Source of the DNA: Squalus acanthias
Lineage: Eukaryota
DNA length: 64,000 bases
Direction of reading: 5' to 3'
Assembly: GCA_030390025.1 (NCBI GenBank)
Contig: CM059431.1
Location: 99,016,001 to 99,080,000 of the forward strand
The translations under genes and the position numbers were made by a program. Shown here piece after piece: positions 1 through 13,270 of this stretch. The notes beneath the pieces are model-generated. The model ran no database searches. It had not been told where the DNA came from and worked only from the letters and a program-made list of their open reading frames with translations. Position 1 is the stretch's first letter. Each line of letters begins with the position of its first letter.

Positions 1-7
1 GAACAAG
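1..7 (+). CDS. USF3: 3' end of the penultimate coding exon of USF3
   Basis: Window opens GAA CAA G|gtaagc (strong donor). Phase 1 matches the acceptor at 2525/2526 and gives E-Q-G-E-E-I-V-R-L, matching the ...EQAEEIKKL... junction I recall for vertebrate USF3. Confidence 0.8.
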
Positions 8-54
8 GTAAGCATGTGATGCAATTATTGTGTAATCACTTCCATTGCTGTAGC

Positions 55-235
55 CAAGTCTCACACCATCCCGACTTGGACTTATATCGTCGCTGGGTCA
101 AAATCCTGGAACTCCCTCCCTAACAGCACTGTGGGAGTACCTTCAACACACGGACTGCAGCGGTTCAAGAAGGCGGTTCACCACCACCTTCTCAAGGGCA
201 ATTAGGGATTCCCAGCGACGCCCACATCCCGGGAA
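55..235 (+). mobile_element. Short 3' tail of the 30779-34675 LINE family
   Basis: gtcgctgggtcaaaatcctggaactccc...aagggcaattaggga. Confidence 0.8.
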
Positions 236-654
236 TTTTTTTTTAAACTTAGGTCCAGCATAAGCATAACTTTCAGTTTCCATCAGTAACTTGTTTTCTC
301 TTTCCCCTGTCCTACTTTGTTCATGCTGCTTTGTATGCAACAGAATGGTTAAGGTTTTGACAGAGAATATCATCATAGTTAAGTATGAACCGAACCATTC
401 CTGGGGCCTGTGCCTTACTGGTGTCGACGGAGCCCCACAGTCCCCTGTGCTCAACACAGGGCGAGCAGTACGTGAGAGCAAACACGATCAGCAGAGACAA
501 GGCATGGGAGCAAACACGATCAGCAGAGACAAGGCATGGGAGTAAACACGTTCATCACAAAACAACTGAGATCATGTTTAATTGAGACTGTCCAGAATTA
601 TTATTTTTTTTAAAGAGTGAAAGACTGTTGAAATTCTGTGTATTTGAAGGATAC

Positions 655-970
655 ACAGTGGGGGGAGTTCAAAACGAGGGGCCATAAATATAAGACAGTC
701 ACTAATAAATCCAATAGGGAATTCAGGAGAAACTTCTTTACCCAAAGAGTGGTGAGAATGTGCAACTCGCTACAACATGGAGTGGGTGAGGCGAATAGCA
801 TAGATGCCTTTAAGGGGAAGCTACATTAGTACGAGGGAGAAAAGAATAGAAGGATATGTTGATAGGGTGAGATGAACTAGGGTTGCAAGAGGCTCGTGTG
901 GAGCATAAACACCGGTATGGACCAGTTGGGCCAAATGGCCTGTTTCTGTGCTGTATATTCTATGTAATTC
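655..970 (+). mobile_element. CR1 3' fragment
   Basis: TRGHKYK...RRNFFTQRVVRM; typical tail. Confidence 0.8.
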
Positions 971-1921
971 TGTGGACAGAGCAGACGGCAGTAGGAGATG
1001 GGCCTCTGACTTGATGGGAGGGGTAACGAGAGAGTGCGCGCTCTCGCACGCTACTGCCCAACTGTACAACAAAAAGAAAGAAATCAGCAAAGGCTGAAAG
1101 TCCATAACAACCTGGTCATCCACTTCCGTGCATCTCCTCATTTCCCCCAGATTATCAAGATCCTATCAAAACTCTTGAGGAACAGGTTGCAGGTATTTTG
1201 AATGCTTAGCCCTACTGGAGGAACATTTCCATTAGCTGCCAGATCAGATAGGATGGACCTCCCAGTGTGTCGCTATGAGAGGAGTGATGAGAATTGCCTT
1301 CCACTGCCAGTGACTTGGATCGAGACTGGTCTGCTGGCATTCAGTCCAAAGGTTTTCTTGCACAACCCTGCATGATTCTGACCCTGCCACTGGTGTGAAG
1401 ATACTCTGTGTAGCTCAGCAGCTTGCTTTGCCTGTTCCAAAGAAGAAATAAAGAGTGTAGCGGTGAATAGTGTGTCCTCTGTGTGGTTCTTTTTATTTCA
1501 AGGAATGCTGGAAGAGGAGGATGGTTTGAGTGACTAGATCTTTTGAACAGCTTACATCAGCATTAAGTTGAAAGGCAGTGGGTGGCCTTTATTTTGTTTC
1601 ACCATTTGATTTGAAACACAGCATAAACATACGGTTACTTTAAACCTATGAAAGCAATAGGAATGTCATGGGGCGTTGGCTGAAGAACTTCTTTCATGAC
1701 AGGATGAAGAACTGAAGGCACCTTCATGTAGGAAGGGGGAAGACGCCTTTGCAGTGACAGGCATCCATGTCATTTTTGCTTTGTTGGATGGGCAACCTAC
1801 CCATGGTATATTGAGAATATTAAAAATGATTAAGTATTGGGAAGGTTAACTCTTAACACCTTTCTGCAAGAGCATCTTGTGCTGGTCAGTTATGGAAGCT
1901 CTTGTCATTGTCCAAGGCATA

Positions 1922-2352
1922 AAGAAAGAAAGACTGGCATTTCTACAGCGCCTTTCACGACCACCGGACGTCCCAAAGCGCTTTACAGCCAATTAAGTAC
2001 TTTTGACGTGTAGTCGCTGTTGTAATGTAGAAATGCGGCAGCCAATTTGCACACAGCAAGATCCCACAAACAGCAATGTGATAACCAGATAATCTGTTTT
2101 TGTGATGTTGATTGAAGGATAAATATTGGCCAAGGCACCGGGGATAACTCACCTGCTCTTCTTCGAAATAGTGCCATAGGATCTTTTGCGTCCACCTGAG
2201 AGAGCAGACGGGACCTCGGTTTAACGCCTCATCCAAAAGACGGCACCTCCGACAGTGCAGCGCTCCCTCAGCACTGCACTGGAGTGTCAGCCTAGATTTT
2301 TGTGCTCAAGTCTCTGGAGTGGGACTTGAACCCACAACCTTCTGACTCAGGA
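1922..2352 (-). mobile_element. Deu-domain SINE in the USF3 intron
   Basis: Reverse complement of the 20334-20780 family with an (aaag)n tail at 1922. Confidence 0.88.
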
Positions 2353-2525
2353 CTACACCACATCCTTGGTTTTAAACTACAGAAATTGCAAAGTGGGTAA
2401 GAATTTATCTTGGAGGAATGAGGTGCAATTTGGAAGAAAGGACAAAACATAACATATGGGAGACCGGGCTTAAATAGATTTAAAGGCTGATTTGTTTCTA
2501 ATTAAATTTTTGTTTGATTCTGCAG

Positions 2526-5500
2526 GTGAAGAGATTGTAAGACTACGAAAGCAGCTGGATGAGCTACAGAAAGAAAATGACCGTTTTGCGGAATTACTGA
2601 AAGCCAATGACATCTGCTTGCATGATGACCCTACGATTCACTGGAAGAGGAAACTCAAGAGTACAAAAGTTACAATGGTGATTTCTTCCAACCAAATGCA
2701 AGATGATTTACTAGTCTACACAAATGGAAATCAATGGAATGGGAATTGCCAACAGGCTGCAGTGCAGAGTTCACCAGAGCAGGCTCTGAGCACCCTGAAG
2801 AACAATACACCAGAAACATGTCTTGATATAATGGTGCCAGTGGCAATGCCTGACATTTGCCCATTAGCAAATGGGGCCCAACTTCAGACACAGAGCTCAC
2901 AGCAGGAAGTCCCCGAATGTCTCCCTGCAACTGGACCTTCTCTGAGCACTGTTCAGTGTACCACCAGCAGCAGCCCTGTACAGAGTGTGTTGAATGTTTC
3001 CACTAACAGTTCTGGACAAGTGGTTCTTCAGTGCCCCCTCAGCAGTTGTGCATCAACCCCTTTAGCCTGTCCCACAAGCACCCCCGCACAAACTGTACTG
3101 GAATGTTCCACGGGCATGTTTGGACGGAATATTTTGGAAGCTGATAATGGACGTCTTCCACAGAATGTTCTTGACATTTCTTCCAGTACTTGCTTTGCTT
3201 TGCCGTTGCACTCGCAGCAGATAGGTACACCGTGCACAGGTGTGGAGAGCCCCAGTGGGATGGCACAACAACCAGTTTTGGGGTCGTCATCTGCGAGCAG
3301 CCAGAGCCCTGAGTTGAGATTAACAAGGTTGCCCGTTACTGAATGCTTACAAAACATGTTGGCGTCAGACATTTGCCAAAGAACACCTGTGTCATTTGAC
3401 GGTCTTGTCACTGCGTCACCATCTTTCAAAGTTGGGGCAATGTCTCACGGAGGTGCGATGTCTTCTTGCCCAGTGGCTAGCTCGTGGACAGTCTCCTGCC
3501 CAGCTTCTACCTACGCCTGCACTTCTGACTCAAACAGTGTTAGTACTTTCACACGCATGACTTCCGCAGGTAACACACGGACAACGTGGACTACGTTACA
3601 GCTGGCAGGCAACACTGTGCACCCTGTCAGCCAGGTGGGCTGTAGTATCTTGCCAGCGCCATTAAGTGAAAATGTGAACGGCAGAAATACTTTCCCTGTT
3701 TCTGAAAATGGCCAGCCGCTTAATAATGTAACTGTCGTTCCCTCGGCTTCAACAGCATTGCACGGAGTTTCCTTCTGTTCCGCTTACAGGCAACACAAGC
3801 AACAGGTGGCAGTTACCGTGCAGCCCCCCGTGCAACCTTTGCCCTTGCAGCCAGTTCTAGCGCAGCCGCAAATTCCAGTTCAGCCAGCCGCCAAGATGGT
3901 CTCGTTGCTCCCTCCCTTGCAAGTGATTCAGATGGCCCGCCCTCCGGGGTCGTCCGTCTCCTCCGCTCCAAACAATCAGAATCTAATCATCCTCCAGTCT
4001 GCTAATCCCACCTCACCAGCCGTGGTGAGAGGGGCCATCAACAGCCAGGCACCGGGCCAGCAAATTGTGATCATACAAGCTGCCAGTCAGAACGCAGTCT
4101 CGGTAGTCCCGGCTCAAACGAATAATAGGTTACCGACCCTCGACTCCAATCAAGCGGTGTGCAGCAGCAGTAACGCACAGAGCACACCAAGCATTCAAAC
4201 GGTGGGAGGGAAGCACCTTGTCCACATATTGCCACGGCCAGTTTCTTCATCAGCTTCCACGAGCTCACAGTCTTTTGCTGTAACGGGATCAGGTCAGCAG
4301 CAGCAGACCATCTCTGTCAATGGCCAGTTGTTTGCTCTGCAGCCAGTGAAGCAGTCGGGGGCCTCCAGCCAGAGCACCATGCAGATTATTCAGCCAACAA
4401 CCAGTGCAGACCCGAACACCAACGTAGCCCTTAATGCTTTCGGCGCATTGACGAACCTCAGTCAAAGTATCTCGCAGATGGCAGGGCAGGGGGGCTTACA
4501 GTTGGGCAGCTGCCACGCGGCCAATCCTTCAGCAGCCGCTAATGGACAGATTATCGGCGCCAGCAGCTCTGCATCTGACACCTCGGCGACCAGTACAAGC
4601 ACAGATATTTCAAGGACTTCACTGAGTTCATCGATGTGGCACACGACCAGCCCGTGCTCCCTAAAACCGCCCCTCGGTGCGCCCCCGAGCTGTAAAACTA
4701 AAAAGCTGCAGAAGAAACCCCTTTCTGCAAAGCAAGGGGTCACGAGAAAGGCCACGTGTATTGGGAACAAATCGAAGGCAGCCGGCAATTGCGTTGAATA
4801 TACCAGATCTAACAAAGATAATCCATCGCAGTTGTTAACCGGTGACGAGCAGGTTTCATCAGCCAAGGGATTGACAATATCCCAACCGTCATCACTGTCT
4901 CAGATCCCAACTTTAGTGACAGCGACAGTGACCACTTCTGTCGCTTCACAGGAGGTGATAGACAGGCAGCAATCAGTGCCCAAATTGTCTCAAACTGTAC
5001 TAACGCCGTGTTTAACAGAGCCAGCATTGGCTGAATCGGTGTCTCGAGAGCAGCCCGACATACTGGCAGAGGTATCAGTTACATCAGTTCTAGCTGCACC
5101 ATTGGCACCCCCTTCATCTCGGGGTGAATTGACTAAAAGTGTTTCATATGTACCTTCCTCCCCATGTGTAATCACAGACATAACGATACCAGCTCCTCCA
5201 TCATCCCCGTACTGTTCAAACGTGCCTCTTCAAGTATCCGGAGCGTTTTCAATGGACAAAGGCAGTAACTTAGTTGAGTTGCAAACTGTCGTAGCAAATG
5301 TTTGCAGCTCACCTGGGATAACCAGTGTTTCTGCACAGTTGGAATCTCTGGCAGCCGCGCAGCACCAAGGCAGTGGAAGTGACAAAGAAAGGGGTCAAGA
5401 CTGGCACAAAGGACGGTTAGAAATGGACAAGTTTGCAACGACTAAAGAAATTAGCAATCAAGATGGCGGTAGCATGATGCGCGGAGTCACGCAGAGTGAC

Positions 5501-8500
5501 AAAGCAACATCAAGCGAGAAGAGCTTGCTGTCATTTATGAAAGACTCCTGCACTGGCGACGAGTTGTGCGTCGACAGTTCCAGGGAGACCTCGTCTAGCA
5601 TGTTGTTTTATGAAAAGGGTGAACCCCAGAAGGACATTTTCTTGGCGAGCACGGAGGCTGAAAACGCCGCGCAGCACCAGTTGTGCAACCCAGATCAGGA
5701 GGGCATAGGAGGTTCCTTGATTGTCCACCGGCAGACCGAGTCACCCATGTCCACCAGCTCCGGGAGCAGCCGTGGCTTCTCTGTCGCCTCCATGCTGCCA
5801 GACACCACCCGGGAAGATGCTTCCTGCATCAGCACGATGACCAGCACGTTTAATAACTACAGTTTATCCGAGCACAACGACATAGTGGCCCTTGCTGCTC
5901 GAGCAATCTTCGAACATGAAAGTCCAGGGAAAGTTTTGAGCTCAGACGTTACTGTATGCAATGTTCAGTCTAAAGCTCAGAAAGTCCCATTTACAGACAA
6001 AGAAGCGAGTCCAAGTCAACAGTCAGTTAAAAGCCTTGGTGTTAAAGAGAGCAGTCAAAATTTGATAGCAATTGAAGGACAAGCCCAACGATTGGTACCA
6101 CTGGACACTAATGCAACAGGAACGTCTGTAAATAAGAGTTCAACTTCTGTCGTAAAAGAAATATCAAATATGCCACTGATTTGTACGTCTTCTGTCTCTG
6201 CTAACCTGAGTGTCATTAACCTTGCATGCCATACCGAAGCCAACCAAATTCATGCCTGCTCACCGGGTCAGACCCAACTTGTCGAGCAACTTCCAGTCGG
6301 CGCTACAGCTGACCTATCGAGCAGATCCGCTTCGTACACAGAGCAGGCTTCTCAACCCGCCCTGTTGGCAGAATATTCTCACGAGCAGCTAAATTCCGTG
6401 AAGGGGAGCACGCAGGCTTCTCTAGTTCTGGAGCCACATTTGAAGCAAGGCAGCGATATCCGAAAAGATGCGACAAAACGGACTGGGCCAGACGACCACC
6501 TAATCTCGACAGCAAAGAGGCAAAAACAGTGCCAGGCCACAGCCATGAGACTTGAAGGGAAGTCAGAAATAAGTACAGTACCCGAACATATTTCCGAGTG
6601 CGGCCAAACATTTATCGGTCAGTTGCCAACAAATTCTTCGAGTTCGTTAGTTGCGGGTGGCAATCCAGGACACACAGATAGTCTCACCACCTTATTCCCA
6701 CCAACTAACCTCCTGAGCTCTAATGCTGTTGAAACTTTAAGGCCAACTGAAGCTCATTGCAACGTTCAGCCACGCATCCAAGAACCACAGGGACAACAAA
6801 GCAGCCAGCAACTGCAGCAGCACGTGGTGCCCCAGCAGAATGTCTCCTCGCAAACGGGGCTTAATAGCCACGCGTATTACAAGCACCATCAGGGGCAGAT
6901 ACGAGATAGGCACTTATACCAGCTTCAGCATCACCTTTCGCACAGTGAGAGCCCAGTCCAACCACAGGCTCACAGTGCTCAGCAGCCCCATGCTGCACAG
7001 CAAGATGTTCAAATGCAGAAGAAACGAGGCCTTATGCGAGGGAGCCAAGCGCCCCAATTGCCGATGCAGCAAAAGCAACACCCTAGTGGGAATGGCCAAG
7101 GGCGACATAAAGGGAATCACCACCATCATCACCACCACCACCACCATCAGCAGCATCAGCAACAACTGCAGCAGCAATTGCCACATCCGCATTTTGGGAA
7201 TTCGCATCAAGATAAAAGGTGTGATAATTCTGTAACCAATAGAAATCACAGCAGCCATGCACAGAGCCTCCGCGGCCAGGATCTGATGCACCAACAGCAG
7301 CAAGATAATGGTAGAAGTGGTCAACAAGGATCCGGTGTCTCTTCAGAACAGGTATCTGGGCAGTCTCGCATCCAGAGATTGATGACCTCGCGGTCATTGG
7401 AGCAACAGATGGCTTCCAAAGCCAGCTCCGTGTCACGGGCGTCAGACATGCAATGCACCTCCCACAGGCAAGAAAGGAACAGAATTTCCAGTTATTCTGC
7501 CGAGGCGCTTATCGGAAAAGCACCTTCAAATGCCGACTCACGAATGGTGATGGCAATGCAGAGCCCTAGGACTAATCTGGAGCAGTCTGAAATGCGGACC
7601 TATCTTGATTTATCAATGAACAAAAACCTGCCTGTGCATAGTTTGCAGGCTAAGTTGTCACTAGACCATTGTATGAATTCCGATGTTCAAAGCCTTCCCG
7701 ACTGTCCTCCTTTTAAGGTGAGTGTGACAACCCAGGGAGTTGGCACTTTTGAGGTGCAATCATCGAGGGGCAGCGAGATGGTCAATAGTATGGCAACGCA
7801 CAGAGGAATGCAGTCGCATGGCTTCAGGTTGGGACAGGCTGCGGGGGCTGAAAGGCAGGCAAGGCTGCCTTATTTGCCGATGCAAGGGATCGCATCAGGA
7901 AGTGGAGTTTCTTTAAGAGAGAATGAAGGTTCCTGCCATCAGAGCTTTATGCAAAGTCTACTGCCTCCACTAAGCGAGCAGATAAGTGGAAACCAAAGGT
8001 CGGAGCATCCAAGGAACTCTCAGTGTGTCCCACCAGCAAGCATCGAGTACAGTTGCCCGCCTATAAGAGAGGGCGTTCACATTAGAAGAGATGGCGAGAT
8101 GCAAAACCGCGAAAGTTGTGACATGACTTTAGGTGCACTCAGTTCCAGAAACAGCTCGTTAAGCATCTCCTACTCAAATCCTTCCTCTGTAGCAGAGATC
8201 CAGGGCCGAAACACAAGCCCAAATGTACCAGCGCAGAAGAACTCCCTGAGAATGAATGAAAGTCAAGGAAATAAGTGCCATCCAAACTCGCAGGTTTCTT
8301 CCAACATGCACGGAGCGGTTAGACCGGTGATGACTCATGCCGCGGTATCCCACGGTGGGAACGAGCAGGGCCACTCGATTCAGCAGCCCACTTCCTCGGT
8401 TAGCCAGCGAGCACGCCATCCAGCCCAGGATGGATCGGCTTTGAAGATGCGGCAGACTGATCGCCCTCGCTCTGGGAACCACAGAAGCGGGAACGTTTTT

Positions 8501-9241
8501 GAGCACAGCCTACAGTTGCCCCTGACGTCCAGTAGCGGTATGATCCTCGGCCGCCAGCAGCCCGCGACTGCTCGGACAGGAAGCATTGTGCGTTTCATGA
8601 CTGAGGGGCAACAGGTACCCAACGATAATTTAGCCCCCGACCAGCACTCGCTGTCTCAGAACTTTGGATTCCCTTTCATACCGGAAAGTAGTATGAACCC
8701 TCCAATTAATGCTAACCCATCGTTTATCCCCCCTGTAACTCAACCGGGTGCAAACCGTACTCCGACTCTCATACCAGTGGAGCCGCAGAATCCCCTGCCC
8801 TCGTTTTACCCTCCGTACTCTCCAGCTCATCCCAACCTTTCTAATGACCTCTCCATCCCCTACTTTTCCAATCAGATCTTCACCAGCCCAAGCACGGACA
8901 AGACCAACGCCGGAGGACTCAACAACCCATTCGGCTCCATTTTATCTCCGCCTCGGCCGGTTGGCTTCCCACAGCCGAGCTTCCCCCTTCTCTCCGACAT
9001 CCCGGCCAGGCCGATGGGCAACGCTTCCAGCATCACCCCGCACCTGTCCAACTTCAACCTAACCACTCTCTTCCCCGAAATCGCCACCGCTCCCCTTGCC
9101 CCGGACAGCTCGGCCATGCCCATGTCACCTTTGTTGCCTTTAACCAACCCGGCTCTTTCCGACGCCTCCAAGCAACACTCGAACAGATCTGCTCACAATA
9201 TAAGCCACATACTGGGCCACGATGGCAGCTCCGCCGTGTAG
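2526..9241 (+). CDS. USF3: Terminal coding exon (6716 nt) of bHLH-ZIP factor USF3/KIAA2018
   Basis: Acceptor ttttgtttgattctgcag|GT at 2525/2526; open to TAG 9239-9241. EEIVRLRKQLDELQKENDRFAELLKANDICLHDDPTIHWK, TTWTTLQLAGNTV, GGKHLVHILPRP, His/Gln tract and C-terminal HNISHILGHDGSSAV are characteristic of USF3. Confidence 0.95.
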
Positions 9242-11114
9242 AACTAAACGCTGCTTGACATTCCACCTTTGTTTTCCAGTTGCACGTGCTATACTGAATG
9301 GTCAGAATGGAGTTCCGATCTGTTTCCCGAGTGGGTGTTATTTGTGCAGCTATAAAGCCCAAAAGTCCGAAACCCCGCCACCCCGTAAACGATCTTTAGT
9401 TTGTCTCCTTCAGCAGACGTTACTTTGACATATACAAGATACTTTTTCTTTGGTACCGTTTGTGGAGCGATCTTGGGGCGTTGAGGTGAGTGAATGGGAC
9501 AGGAGGAAGAACGATGGATGTGTGATAACAGGTGCCAACTACTGGTCACCTGCCATCACTGCTGCAAAGAATATTCACGTGCTACGTCACGTGCTGTTCG
9601 CAAGGACACAGTTTCCAGAAACTGCAGGCAGAATAAAGTGTCTTGTATATACTGTATTAGTATATAGGTTTGCAATATAATATTAATGGTTCAAGGCATT
9701 CATAGGACTGAATAAGCATTAAAATGTAAATATGTGGGGGGAAAAATAGCACACCATTACAGCAGCAAATATTTTTGGGTTTGATGTTAACCATTGTTTT
9801 GAGCACAGAGTACTGTTATTATTTTTGTGACTTGTTGCTTTGCCTGTGTAACAGAGCAAAGTATAGGAGGAAGACGTGGTATTGACGTGAGCTTTCGACA
9901 TTTTCATTAATGACCCAAATATAAACCTTTTGAGGTACAATTGCTTTCTTGATAGGATAAATCTCTTAATGAATTAAGCCTATTAGATCAAATTTGCCTG
10001 AGTAAATTTGGTTAATTAGACAATCGATTGTTCCCCCCGCCCCCCATGTATTTAAAATTCTTAGTACAAGTAAGGCTGTCATTAACTCAACTTTTAAGGC
10101 GAAGGATAGACAGAGGGGAGGCATTTAAATTGGGAATTTATTTCATGGATGAAGGGGCTGAATAATTTGAGTGTTGTATAAAATATTTAAATAAAAATTC
10201 AAGTTAATTTCCATATAAATGTATTTTAATTTGAGTGCTGAAGGTGATTTAATACCTTCTGTGTTTTAATGGGAAGTGGCTCCCATCCCTCTCCACAGGG
10301 ACCTGTCTGAAATTTATCTTGAGCAGGGATTAAAGTTAGAAATGATGGGCTTTACAGCTAACCATAAACTTCAGTTCATCACAGGGTCAGTTTCTATCTG
10401 CTTGACTCACTGGCACTTTATAGATTATGACAATATAAATCGATTGCACCGTTCTCCGTATGCTGCGTTACCAGGGGGGGACGGCGCTCCACTTGGGTTA
10501 CGCTCCACAGATGGCCACTTGTGCATTTGAATTCTTGGACTATTTATGGTACCTCGAGTACCTTAGACCTTGAAGCTTGAATCAGAGGACGGAATGTTGC
10601 AATAAGTTATCATGTTCTCCTTTCACCTCTGGCTCTAGGCTTGAATCTCTGCTGGAGCGATGATTGCCGTCCATTCCCTTAATTTCAAGGCTTCCAAGTG
10701 GAATAAGTTTGGGACCTTCTCAACCCGGTTTATAGTGCACGCATCAAACTGCACGATTGGCAGTCCCGCTTGATTAGGCCAGAAGGACGGCTGGTATGCG
10801 TAGTGTTAAAAGCATTCGGCTGCTACTTCAAATGGTGCTAGTCTGAAGTTGGGGTTAAATCACCATTGTTTAGGGGCCGTGTCTGACCTGGGAGTGCTGG
10901 TTGTTTTAAAAAAAAATAGAAAAGGTTCTGTTTATCAGCATTGTGTGCAAAGAAATTCGCTTAGAAATACAAATGTTAAAGTAGCCTGTGACACAGGTAC
11001 ATTGTTTTCAGAGTGTTGACCCAGATAGTTCTGCTGTTGAATAATATATGCAAATGAGAGACTATTAAATGATAAATTTAATCTACAGTCTCGTTCTTCA
11101 CCAGTATCAGAAAC

Positions 11115-11792
11115 GACAATAAAAACAGAAAATGCTGGAAACACTCGACAGGTCAGGCAGCATCTGTAGAAAAAGACACAGAGTTAACGTTTCAGGTCGA
11201 TGACCCTTCGTCAGAACTGGAAAAAGTTGGAGATGGGACAGGTTTTTAAGCAAATGTAGGGGCAGGGAAAGGGGGGAGGGGAGGAAAGAACAAAAGGGAA
11301 GGTCTGTGATAGGATGGAAGGCAGGAGAGATTAAGAGACAAAAGGGATGATGGTGCAAGGCAAAAGGAGATGGTAATGGGACAAGTAAAGAAACAAAAGA
11401 TGGCTCGAGATGAAGTGTAAATGGCGATGGCAGGATGATCAACAGCTGCCATTTGAGAGAGAGAAAAAAAATGATAGGGGCCGAGGTTATGATCTGAAAT
11501 TGTTGAACTCGATGTTGAGTCCAGAAGGCTGTAAAGTGCCTAATCGAAAGATGAGGTGCTGTTCCTTGAGCTTCATTGGAACAGTGTAAGAGGCAGAGGA
11601 CAGAGAGGTCAGAGTGGGAGTGGAGCGGGGAAATAAAGTGACAGGCGACCGGAAGCTCGGGGTCACCCTTACGGACTGAACGGAGGTGTTCCGCAAAGCG
11701 GTCACCCAATCTGCGTTTGGTCTCCCCAGTGTAGAGGAGACCGCATCGCAAGCAGCGAATACAGTATACTAAATTGCAAGAAGTACAAGTAA
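11115..11792 (-). mobile_element. Penelope-like element 3' fragment (GIY-YIG C-terminus plus pLTR)
   Basis: RCGLLYTGETKRRLGDRFAEHLRSV...PVACHF and, after a frameshift, KLKEQHLIFRLGTLQPSGLNIEF. Confidence 0.88.
11182..11218 (-). ncRNA. Minimal type I hammerhead ribozyme motif in a Penelope pLTR
   Basis: AGUU-CUGACGA-A-GGGUC[AUC]GACCU-GAAA-CG-UU-AACU. Confidence 0.7.
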
Positions 11793-12939
11793 ACTAAAAT
11801 GAATTGGAGGGAGGCCCTTTCCTCATCAGTGATTTGCTAACCAAATCGCATTCTCAGAAATTGCATGTTTCAGAAACTACATTTGGCTTTTGCTTTCCTT
11901 ACAGAAATCTTAGTTTATCAAATTAGATTTATCTTTTGCACAGAACACTATCAAATCGGTATGACTCTGATCAGACATCTGTTACACAGGCAAGCTTTTG
12001 TGTTTGTCCTCGTCCTTTTATCCAGCCTGCTGGTTGGTTTGTATAAACACCTGGTAAGGTAAACTGAGAGTGAGCAAATGCAGGAGCAGCAGTTTACGGT
12101 TCCTGTGCCTTGCTGTGAGACTTGGAGCCACTGTTAAAAACTAAAAAAATAAATAAAATTGCACCTACCTCCATTTATTGGGCAAATGTAATATAATGTA
12201 TTGTACAGATTATTATGCAGATTTTTTTTCTAAAATAAAACACTGACATTTTGTTCATATTGCATATATTATTTGGACGGAAAAAAAAGCACTGCTAGGT
12301 TTCAAAAGAATCTCTCGTCTATTATATATTAAAATCGGTAACTGCATTCCATTGCAATACCGGTTATGCCTGTAGGTGGTGCTGTCAGCTAACGTTACGT
12401 GATTGCCTAACTCATTATTGGTGCCTCTACAGGAATTTTGCCCTCTGGAACTCACAGCTAAGCGTGGCCTGCACAGAAAGGTAAAATTCAGGGCCTCCTG
12501 AAAATCCATTAAAACCAAGACCACTTAGAGCCTGTAAAATCAGGGACTTGTAAAATCAAAACGTTCTAAAATCCATAAAACCTGGCTTCTAAAGCAAAAA
12601 AATCTGGACCTCTTCACAATCAAATCCTTAATAAAATCCAGATCTCTCCCTGCTGCGCTTGTTTCCCCTTTCCCCCCTGTGCTAATATAGTTTCCTTGTT
12701 GCCTTTGCACCTCCCCCTGCCCCCATTGATGCGATTTTCTTGCTCTTCCACTTCCTTCCCCAGCTCCCCACCCCAGCCTCTTGACCTGAATTCTGCCCTG
12801 TATTGATATTTGGATGAAGTTACTCTTTTAATAAAAATGAATTAGAGGAGGCCCTTTCCTCATCAGTGATTTGGTAACCAAATCGCATTCTCAGAAATTG
12901 CATGTTTCAAAGTCGCACGTTCTGTGATTTGGATTGTTC

Positions 12940-13270
12940 ATAGAACATAGAACCATACAGCGCAGAAGGAGGCCATTCGGCCCATCGTGCCTGTGCCGGC
13001 TCTTTGAAAGAGCTCTCCAATTAGTCCCAATCACCTGCTCTTTCCCCGCAGCCCTGCAAATTTCTCCTTTTCAAGTATTTATCCAATTCCCTTTTGAAAG
13101 TTACTATTGAATCTGCTTCCCTTTCAGGCAGTGCATTGCAGATCATAGCAACTCGCTGCGTTTAAAAAAAAAAAAAAATTGCTCTTCTGGACTTTTTGGC
13201 AATTATTTTAATGACCCTCCTGTAAGTGGAAACAGTTGCTCTCTCTCTACTCTATCAAAAAACCCTCGTA
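12940..13270 (-). mobile_element. CR1 3' fragment
   Basis: Reverse complement of the family at 25400-25720. Confidence 0.8.

Noticed and set aside
1000..1500. Possible solo LTR in the USF3 intron (AATAAA ~1447, ends in ...tttca)
   Set aside because: No second copy, clear TG start, PBS/PPT or TSD could be identified.
2492..2525. ORF-track start MFLIKFLFDSA
   Set aside because: This is the intronic pyrimidine tract with a TTG start; the exon begins after the AG at 2524-2525.
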